Of a stretch of DNA of 64,000 nucleotides, positions 21,536 through 29,700 are shown piece after piece (the stretch's first letter is position 1; each line of letters begins with the position of its first letter). The position numbers and the translations under genes are program-made. Origin of the DNA: Cyanophora paradoxa CCMP329. Lineage: Eukaryota > Plantae > Glaucophyta. Under the pieces are notes generated by a model that was given only the letters and a program-made list of their open reading frames with translations, was not told where the DNA came from and did not search any database. The DNA is taken from positions 1 to 64,000 of the forward strand of contig QPMI01000521.1 of assembly GCA_004431415.1 (NCBI GenBank), given 5' to 3'.

Positions 21536-22546
21536 ATGGCTACCCAAATTGCAGTTCCTGTTTTCTGTTATGCAGCACCTAAATTGCATCAACTGAACCA
21601 CACAGTTACAGATGCTATTCCCGGGTTTATTTGCACAGAAACCACAGGAGCAGATTCGTTTACTCAAAATTCGATTATCAGATGCAAGGAGATTCGATGT
21701 GATAGAAATGCTGGAAAAATAAGAACCACACAATTAATCGTAAGTAACAAGAATCAGGTGTTAACAGGTGGTGTAGTTGCTGATGCAGCTATTTATGATG
21801 ATGCAGGTGGGGTGACCACACCACAGATTGTTACTTTTGATGGGACAGAAAATAATGCAGCACTTGTAGTTAAATCAGGTGGAGCATGGATAGGTTCGGG
21901 AGCTTTTGTGAATGGAACACTCTCAGCTGCAAACGTCTCAATTTCAGGCCAAACGACATTTACAGGTGTTGTGAATGCAAATGGTGGTCTTTTTGTTCCT
22001 ACTTATACAGTCCCTGTGATGACCACAACCACAAAGATTCAAACACCTGAAATAGATACAGGAGCAAATGTAGATCTCATTCTGAAACGCAATAGCACAG
22101 AAGTCGCACGAATTGATGCAGGGGGTCTTACAATCGCAGCAAACTTTTATTTGAAGCAAGAAACCCAACCTCGATTTTGTGTTGGGTTTGGTGTAGCAAC
22201 AAGAAGTGGAGTATATGGGCGTCTTACTAATTGGTTGCATGAATTCTTTGATAATACCAACTCATTTGATGTAGTAGAAGGGAAATTCACAGCGCCTATA
22301 AGTGGAGATTATAGATTCTCTCTTAATTCTTATAGTATTGTTACCTCATCTGTGAGTGTAGATCTGAAAGTAAATGATCAGAATGTTTCAACAGAATTCA
22401 ATTTCAGGGTAAACAACTCACAAACAGTAACCAACAAAACAATCATTTTGAGCGCAATACTCAGACTTGGAGCCGGGATAATGTCTCTATTTATGCTGTT
22501 GATACTTCCATTTCAGAATTCACAACGTTTAGTGGCGAATTGCTGA
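21536..22546 (+). CDS. Spike/fibre paralogue 2 with C-terminal C1q-like domain (probable late frameshift)
   Basis: RCKEIRCDRNAG and GKFTAPISGDYRF. Confidence 0.72.
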   Translation: MATQIAVPVFCYAAPKLHQLNHTVTDAIPGFICTETTGADSFTQNSIIRCKEIRCDRNAGKIRTTQLIVSNKNQVLTGGVVADAAIYDDAGGVTTPQIVTFDGTENNAALVVKSGGAWIGSGAFVNGTLSAANVSISGQTTFTGVVNANGGLFVPTYTVPVMTTTTKIQTPEIDTGANVDLILKRNSTEVARIDAGGLTIAANFYLKQETQPRFCVGFGVATRSGVYGRLTNWLHEFFDNTNSFDVVEGKFTAPISGDYRFSLNSYSIVTSSVSVDLKVNDQNVSTEFNFRVNNSQTVTNKTIILSAILRLGAGIMSLFMLLILPFQNSQRLVANC

Positions 22547-22576
22547 GCATAATTTAATTTCTACAAGTAGTTTAGA

Positions 22577-22840
22577 ATGTCGAATATATACCAAGTAGTT
22601 CTGACTGATACCGAAAAGTTGGGAATGGAATATTGCGCTGCTTCTGTTCAGGACTGGATTGATAATGCTGCCCACAACAGGGCAAGAATCGCAATTGATG
22701 AGATTGTTCAGAAAGAGATCCAATCTTGCATCTCATCAGGAGTTCAGATACCAACCTCAAAGGAAGCGATTGTATTACAGGCATTCCAAAGGGGAACTGT
22801 AAAGAAAGGCATCGAGTATAACAATGTCACAGAAGAGTAG
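22577..22840 (+). CDS. Small protein resembling phage fibre-associated proteins
   Basis: LTDTE...MEY...QDWIDNAAHNRARIAIDEI resembles small genes that follow C1q-type fibres in marine phages (recalled, not searched). Confidence 0.5.
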   Translation: MSNIYQVVLTDTEKLGMEYCAASVQDWIDNAAHNRARIAIDEIVQKEIQSCISSGVQIPTSKEAIVLQAFQRGTVKKGIEYNNVTEE

Positions 22841-22878
22841 TGTACATTATTTTTCTTTCCTTCTTAGTAAAAGAAGCA

Positions 22879-23724
22879 ATGGGTGAATATAATCGAGTTC
22901 AACTTCCAATATATTCCCTTGGATCCCCTGCTATGCACTTTCGCCAGCATGAAGTTAATGATGAGGTTCGTGGTTTAGAATCCACAGAGAGACCCAATTC
23001 CAATGGTAACTCTTTTGATAAGAATTCGATTATTCGAGTTAAAGAACTGAGAGCAGACAAGAATTCGGGTGTGGTTAAAACAACTCGACTCCTTGTCTCA
23101 AATGCGAACTTCTTCCAACCCACTAATGGAGGTCCTGATGCTTACAGTGTAGACCTGAAAGCCCTCGATTTTGACAAGAATTCTGCTGCTGTAACTGTGA
23201 GATCAGGTGGAGCATTTATTGGTGGTGGTTGCAGAGTTTCAGGTCAACTCTCCTCATCAATTGCATACAATGATGTCCCAGATACTCTTGAACAGAATGT
23301 TGAAGACCCACAACGAATTCGATTATATATACCAGTTGCACAACAGCCAATTATTCAATTTTACCAAGGTTATACTGTCACACTTGAAAACTCTGAATTG
23401 ATTGAAGGAACCAAAAGAGTAATGAGAGGGCTGGTCATTCCTTCTGCAATGCTTTCTTTATGTAGAGCCAACAATAACCAGCCAGGTCACAGATACAATT
23501 TCAGTGTTCAAGGATATGATCATTTCGGCACAGGGTTCTGTGTTTATAATAACAATTTCACCTATGATCTGTTTGTTACAGATATTGGAAAATATACAAT
23601 TACAGTTATGGGTATCAGAACAGATATAGCTGCTGTCTCAGCTCTAAGAGGTGTTACTCCTGATACTCTTTCTCAAACAGGGTTTTACCAGGAACCAGAT
23701 GTGATTGATAACCCAACCCCATAA
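22879..23724 (+). CDS. Spike/fibre paralogue 3
   Basis: Shared N-domain (RVKELRADKNSG...KTTRLLVSN) with a different C-terminus. Confidence 0.65.
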   Translation: MGEYNRVQLPIYSLGSPAMHFRQHEVNDEVRGLESTERPNSNGNSFDKNSIIRVKELRADKNSGVVKTTRLLVSNANFFQPTNGGPDAYSVDLKALDFDKNSAAVTVRSGGAFIGGGCRVSGQLSSSIAYNDVPDTLEQNVEDPQRIRLYIPVAQQPIIQFYQGYTVTLENSELIEGTKRVMRGLVIPSAMLSLCRANNNQPGHRYNFSVQGYDHFGTGFCVYNNNFTYDLFVTDIGKYTITVMGIRTDIAAVSALRGVTPDTLSQTGFYQEPDVIDNPTP

Positions 23725-23747
23725 ATTATATATTACTTTAATGTAAA

Positions 23748-24574
23748 ATGGCTGCCCCAGTAGAGCGAATTATTACACCCCAACTCTCATTAGCAGCACC
23801 TGCAAATCACGTTTTGCAGCATGCTACTTTTGATGATGTAGAAGGTCTCCAATCCACAGAAGTACAACCTACAATGAATACCTTTGGTTCCACCCATAAA
23901 CTGAGATTGCAGGAACTCAGATGTGATAAAAATAATGGTATAGTTAAGACAACGAAACTCCTTGTGACAAATGCGAACTTTTCTGCCCATTATGGAGACC
24001 CAGACAGTTATGGTGATCCTCTTTCTACTTATTCTTTTGAATCTCGGTCGGGAGCTATTAACTGCAAAACGGGGGAGCATATATTGGTGATGGTCTTCGG
24101 ATTGGTGGAGCTGTTGGTGCGCCTCTTTTCGTAAATGATCAACCCAATCCCATTGATCCCAACACCAGAATTCGCACCTATGTCCCCAGTATGAATGCAC
24201 CATATATTATCAAGATCTTCCCAATTGTTGTGAATGAGCAGACATCAGTAGTTGATTCTCTTGTTGAGATTGGTGACCACTACAAGGTGGTCGTGGATAT
24301 TCCACCAGATGTTTATGCTGTCTGTCAAGTAGAGGGTGGAACCCCAAATATTGCAGTTGTAATCACTCCATATGACAATTTCGGGATTGCTTATCATGGA
24401 GTGAATTTCGGTCTTGAAGATTACCAGTTTTTGGTGAGAGCCACCAGATTTGGTATCTACAAATGCATTCTCTATGCTGAGAGAACCGATGCTATTGCAA
24501 GACAGAATACATATGCAGAATATTACGGCACAAATCGATACTTCCCCATTTTCGGGCAGGATACTGCTCCATAG
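23748..24574 (+). pseudogene. Spike/fibre paralogue 4 (frameshift ~24075)
   Basis: RLQELRCDKNNG...KTTKLLVTN. C-terminus (YDNFG...RTD) is related to paralogue 3. Confidence 0.62.
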
Positions 24575-24599
24575 AAATCTCAGGTATATATAGAGAGGA

Positions 24600-24872
24600 A
24601 TGGATGATAAAACAAAGAAATTCATAGAATCTGCAATGATGGTTCATGGTGATGCTAAATTCGATTATAGTGAGACAGTGTATAAGAAAGCACAAGAGAA
24701 GGTCTCTGTTAGATGCCTTAAATGCAACAAGATCCTCCAAACCTACCCATTTAATCATGTAAGGGGAAGTGGATGCAGAGAGTGCAACAAGAAATCCTCT
24801 CATGCTTACAGAAAAAAGACTACATCAGGAATTGTGATAGATGATAAACCAGTGGTACTGTACTTTGATTAG
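24600..24872 (+). CDS. DUF723/CapR-like Zn-binding domain protein
   Basis: FIESAMMVHGDAKFDYS...KVSVRCLKC...NHVRGSGCREC. Confidence 0.62.
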   Translation: MDDKTKKFIESAMMVHGDAKFDYSETVYKKAQEKVSVRCLKCNKILQTYPFNHVRGSGCRECNKKSSHAYRKKTTSGIVIDDKPVVLYFD

Positions 24873-25018
24873 ATCTTTGAGAGAGAAATGAGGATCTTTC
24901 CCCATTTTCCCTTTGTGATTATGCATGTGTCAAAGCAGTTTGGACAGGTCTTGTGGTAGTGCAGCAGAATGATATCCACCAACTCATAAGGTAGCACTCT
25001 TGCTAAGATGGTTCGCAT
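24869..25018 (-). CDS. 49-aa ORF with F-box-like start and CxxC
   Basis: MRTILARVLPYELVDIILLHYHKTCPNC..., fills the intergenic gap exactly. Confidence 0.3.
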   Translation of the reverse strand: MRTILARVLPYELVDIILLHYHKTCPNCFDTCIITKGKWGKILISLSKI

Positions 25019-25058
25019 TCTACCAATCGCGTTTTTAATTTTTCTAAATTATTCATAA

Positions 25059-25460
25059 ATGAATACTCATCGAGGCTTCCATGTGATGCTGGATTACAAA
25101 TTCAGAACCCAATTAGCAGTAGGAGTGGAAGACTTGGAGACAACGACCAGGTGGTTAATGCAGTTCTTACAAACTATTATTCAAGAGCAAGGTATTCGAG
25201 TAGTTCACAAGCATTGCGAGATTTTCGATGGTGGTATTTCTCCTCCTGGTTTTGCAATGGTTCTTCTGCTGGATGAGAGCCACTGCACTGCTCATTGTTA
25301 CTCAAATGAAGGTATGCTGGCGATTGATATATTCAGTTGTGGATTAGAAGCAGAGAGAAAAACCACGAGAGTATCTCATGAGATAGATGAGAGAATAACA
25401 GGTGTGTTTTCAGGGTTGGAGAAATCGGAGAAACATAGAGTATTGCGATTTCCGAGTTAG
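25059..25460 (+). CDS. speD: Prokaryotic-type S-adenosylmethionine decarboxylase proenzyme (SpeD/SpeH family)
   Basis: GFHVMLD...F...PPGF...LLDESHCTAHCY...AIDIFSCG, with the ESH self-cleavage motif and the conserved CG. Confidence 0.85.
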   Translation: MNTHRGFHVMLDYKFRTQLAVGVEDLETTTRWLMQFLQTIIQEQGIRVVHKHCEIFDGGISPPGFAMVLLLDESHCTAHCYSNEGMLAIDIFSCGLEAERKTTRVSHEIDERITGVFSGLEKSEKHRVLRFPS

Positions 25461-25555
25461 TTGACACTGAGAAATTCAGAATTTCAGATGGTCTTACTGA
25501 AAATGGTCAGATAATCGGGTGTGACACCTATTTAATTGACTGTGACGCCTGTGAC
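25365..25555. repeat. Right terminal inverted repeat, part matching the window start (probably extends to ~26719)
   Basis: Reverse complement of 3-193. Confidence 0.9.
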
Positions 25556-25932
25556 AGGTGTGACACCTATTTTCAAACTTTTTAAAATTCTCACAAATTA
25601 CAGACTTCTGAAAACACCTGTCACACCTGTCACACCCGTCACACCCAATTAACAAAAGACTCTATTTCTTACTGAGATATTCAAGAATTTATTGTTGTCT
25701 TACTGAAAACAGTCTATGTGACAGGTGTGACACCTTCAAAATCCACCCAACAATAGTCGATTTCATGAATACCTTTCTGTCTTACTGAAAATGGTAAGGA
25801 GACCAGGTGTGACAGGTAGTTTAATTGAGTGTGACAGGTGTGACAGGTGTGACACCTATTTTCAAACTTTCTAAATTTTTCAAAAATGACAGACTTCTGA
25901 AAACACCTGTCACACCTGTCACACCTGTCACA
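25519..25932. repeat. Two subterminal copies of the palindromic TGTGACAGG iteron module
   Basis: Copies at ~25530-25652 and ~25820-25932, homologous to 8765-8910. Confidence 0.85.
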
Positions 25933-26045
25933 GACATTCTACCCCTCTTACTGACTTTCTCAAAAACAAATATATCTATTACTGAATATCATTTGAATAC
26001 TACCTGTCACACTTGAATTCAATTATTCTGTTTTATAGAACATAT

Positions 26046-26303
26046 GCAATCTAATCGATTGTTCAATTGGAGACCATGCAACTCTGTGACACTTTTTCGA
26101 TCTAAAATATAAATCCGCAATCTCATCGATTGTTTAATTGGACATAATGCAGTTCCGATATATTCCAATAGAAAATCCCGCAATCTAATCGATTGTTTAA
26201 TGGGAGATAATGCAACTCTGTGACACTTTTTCGGTGCAAAAATGTACATCAGCAATCTCATCGATTGTTCAATTGGACACAATGCAACTCTGTGACACTT
26301 TTT
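26046..26303. repeat. Four 63-72-bp subterminal direct repeats
   Basis: GCAATCTMATCGATTGTTYAAT...TGCAACTCTGTGACAC units start at 26046, 26117, 26180 and 26252. Confidence 0.85.
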
Positions 26304-26622
26304 GCGTTTTTCGATACAGAATGGGCGGTGGTCTACTTCAATACATGAGAGATATATCGAGTTTATGCGAATTTATGCAATTTAATCGCAATTATATCGA
26401 TCTTTAAGCAGTTTAATGTTAATCTATCGCAGATTTGTATGTAAACAACAAAGTACATAATCAATCGATATAAGATCAATTGAATCTATCGAAGTTTAAT
26501 CGAAAATATGCATTTTGGTAAACGCGTTTTCATTTTTAATACAAAGTTTGCATTATTTTATACAAAGTTTGCATAAAAAGTTTAAGAAATTAATCGAAAA
26601 ATATGTATTTTAGTATTAAATT

Positions 26623-26719
26623 AACACATATTGAAAAACGAATTTAAATCCAGAGTGAATCGAGATCGCGAAGCGATCGAGATGAACGAGGGATTTAAAT
26701 TCGTTTTTCAATATGTGTT
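26623..26719 (+). other. Terminal 97-nt hairpin with GCGAAGC loop and tandem G.A mismatches
   Basis: Perfect 29-bp arms 26623-26651/26691-26719, centred on 26671, at the AT/GC junction. Confidence 0.85.
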
Positions 26720-26751
26720 GGGGGAGGCAGTGCCTTACGCTCCCCATCGCC

Positions 26752-29700
26752 ATGCCTGGCCCTGCGCCGGGGCCTGGGCCTTTGCGCGTCCGATCGCCGA
26801 TTTGATCACGAGATTCACGAGGCTGACGCATTCGAATTCGCAGCCGCGGCCAGATCCGGAGGGCCGGGAGCACGCCTGCGAATTATAGGAATTTCGCAAT
26901 GGGGCTTCTCCTGGCCGCTGTGGGTGCGTTTCAGCTACAAATTTCGCATATCTGAAATTCTCCTTTTGAAGTTGCAATATTGGCATTCTTTGACAGTTTA
27001 AAATTTGGAGTTCGAATTCTGAAAATCAGCTGCGCATGCATATGCAGATCTAGATCTGGACAAGAGAAACTCTTCTAGATCTCCCCGTTGCCTGATCTTG
27101 ACGGCGCTGACGCCTGCGCCAGCGGCGCTGCTGGCGATCGCGCTCTGGCGGGCCCCCCTCGCGCTGGGCCCGGCGGGGGGCCCCCTCCCCGCGCAGCGCC
27201 TCGCGGCGCTCGGCGGGGCCCTCGCGGCGGCGGCGGCGGCGTGCGGGGCCCTCGCCCTCGCCCTCCTCCCGCGCCGCGACGACGCGCCCCTCCGCCGCCA
27301 CTGGCAGGCGCGCCGCCCCAGCCCCGCCCGCCCGCCCCGCTGAGCCCCGGCGCCCGCAGGCGGTCGCCTGCGCAGCCATCCCCACGCTCTACGGCGCCGC
27401 CTTCTGCGTCTCCTGGGTGCGCCCCGCGGGCCGGAGCCGGCGGGGGCGGGGCGGGGCGGGGCCGACGGGGGCGGGGCGGGGCGGCAGGCGCTGGCGATGC
27501 CGTCGTGCCTGCTGGTGGCGGTGGCGGCCGGCTCGCTCCTCTCCTCCTCCCTCGTCCGCCTCCGCTGCCTCCAGGCCCGCCCCGCGCCCCGCCCCGAGCT
27601 CGATCTAGCTCGCGGCGCCGCGTGCGAGGCGGCGGGGTCCGGGGCGCAGGTGCTGGCGGTCAACGGCGTCGGAGTGGCCCTCGGCGCCGCCCTCGCCCTC
27701 GCCCTCGTGCGCACTCTCCGAGCGCCCTCGAGCTCAGACGTGCTGACCCGGGCCCGCCCGCGCCCCTGCAGAGCGGCTCGGAGCCGGTCCGCGCGTGGGA
27801 GATCGGTGCGTACTCGCGAGGCGGCGCCTCGCGATTGCAATTGCTTATAAGCTTCGCGCCGCTGACGCCCTTGCGGTTCGAATTCGACTCGGCGAGTAGC
27901 TTTCTCCCAGCCGATCTGCCTCGCCGCCTTCGTTTTCGGAGCCGCCGCCGCCCGCCGGGACGAAACCGAATCGCGCGAGGTGATTTTTGGCGGCATTTGA
28001 AATTTATATTATATATATTCCGGGGGATCCGGCCTTCAATTAAATTTCTGCTGTTATATATATATATAATGGAAGCGTGGGAATAATTGGCCTAGCCTTG
28101 GCGTGTGGCCAATTTATATCTGACGCTGGCCATGGATTGGCGGCGTCGGTTTTAATTTGCAGCGCTTCATGCGGAGCGGGGAGGCGCCGGCGGAGGCGGA
28201 GAGCTTCCGCGAGGAGTACGCGCCTCTCTTCGCCGAGCTCGCGGTCCGATCCCGGCCCGAGCCCGGCCGGCTCCAGGGCCGCCCGCGCCCGAGCCCGCGT
28301 CCTAAGGCCGGGACGCGCGCAGTCGTTCCGGTTCCTGTCGGCAGAGATGGAGCTCGCCTCGCCGGTCGCCTCCGCCATCGCCGTCCTCGCCGACCTCCTC
28401 GACGCCCTCGTCGCTGGTACGAGCTCGAGCCGCGGCCGGCCCCGCCGCTGGCCCCGCTGACAATGAGGGACGCTCCCGCAGAGGCCAGCATCGTCCACGC
28501 GGCCGGCGCAGCCGCAGCCCTCCGGTGCCCTCCGATCCCAGGCTTGAGCCTTCCCATCCAACTCTAACTCCCGGCCCCTTCACGACCAGGCACCTCCTCA
28601 CGTACGCGAAGAAGGCCCCCTCCGAGGATTCCGCGACGGTTGAGGTCCGGCACGGGAAAGGGCGCCGGCCCCTCCGCGGGTCGCGCCGCGCTGACCGTGC
28701 GCGTGCCCACTCTCGCAGGGGGCGATGGAGGCGGCGGAGGCGAGCGGGGAGAGCGACGTGATCGTCCAGTCGTTCCAGGGGTGGATGAACGCTATGGTCC
28801 GTCCGCGTTCGCTCGCGATCGAACCTCGCGATCGCGGATCGCGATATCGATCGATGCATCTATTTTCGCGCCCATATATAAAATAATTCACCGGTCGAGC
28901 AGGGCGCGGCGCCGCCGCGCATGCAATTCCGCTCGATGTCCTACAAGCGCAAGCCCTCCGTCATCCTCCACGGGCCCGTTCCGGGCCTCTCCCGGGCCCT
29001 CCTCGAGCCGGAGTCCGATGCGCTGGGGGAGGCCCTCGCCCCCGCCTGCCTCGTCTCCTGGGAGTCCTTCGACGTTTTCAAGGTTCGCGTTCGAATGAAC
29101 TCTTATATAATTATAATTATGTCCTTCATAGCCCTGAACTCTTATATAATTATAATTATGTCCTTCATAGCTCTCTAGATTAAATTTCCCATAGATCTCT
29201 AGGTGCCCCCGCCCTCGAGCTCCCCTCCCCTCCGCGACTCTTTCTTCTTCTTGTGCGAGGCTGCAGCTGAGCGACCTCCACCGGCAGCTGGAGCAGGCGG
29301 CGGGGGGCCGGCCCCTCGAGCTCCTCGCGTGCGCCCCGCCCGCCCCCTCCCGCCGCCCGCCCCGCCCGGCCCGGCCCACCGGGGGCGCCCTCGTGCAGAA
29401 TGCACCTGGCGGAGAAGCACCGCGTCTTTGAGGCCTCGGGGGCACGCCCCGCCCCGCCCCGCCCGCCCGCCCGCGCCGCGGCCCGTTGCGAGCGGCGCGG
29501 CGCATGCGCAGGTGGAGGCGGCCAAGTTCCGCGCCTTCGTCTCCGCCGTCGAGGCCGGCTACCAGAAAGTGGTCCGCCCCGCCCGCCCTCGATTCTTCCA
29601 GATATGGGCCGTCCGCCGCTGACGCCGGCCCGGCGCCAGCCGTACCACACGGCGACGCACGCCGCCGACGTCCTTCAGGTGAGCGGGCGCCGCGCGCGCC

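Larger units (their letters stand above)
1..26719. mobile_element. Endogenous Polinton-like/Maverick-like virus, element 1 (left end runs off the window)
   Basis: AT-rich, intronless, densely packed genes: MCP, two pentons, A32 ATPase, primase-helicase, pPolB, rve integrase, fibres. Inverted repeat 3-193/25365-25555. Abrupt switch to GC-rich host DNA after 26719. Confidence 0.92.

Noticed and set aside
20467-24574. Diversity-generating retroelement acting on the spike heads
   Set aside because: No reverse transcriptase and no template/variable repeat pair seen.
26046-26303. CRISPR-like look of four repeats with variable gaps
   Set aside because: The repeats are ~50 bp and degenerate, the gaps are ~20 nt and resemble each other, there are no cas genes, and the context is a eukaryotic virus terminus.
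1-26719. Classification as a bacterial prophage or as a classical virophage
   Set aside because: The flanks are intron-rich eukaryotic genes and there is no terminase or portal. The MCP (~460 aa) is shorter than virophage MCPs and no protease was found.
29096-29175. ~38-bp tandem duplication in a PDE intron (similar 23-bp one near 37320)
   Set aside because: An ordinary local duplication with no further structure.
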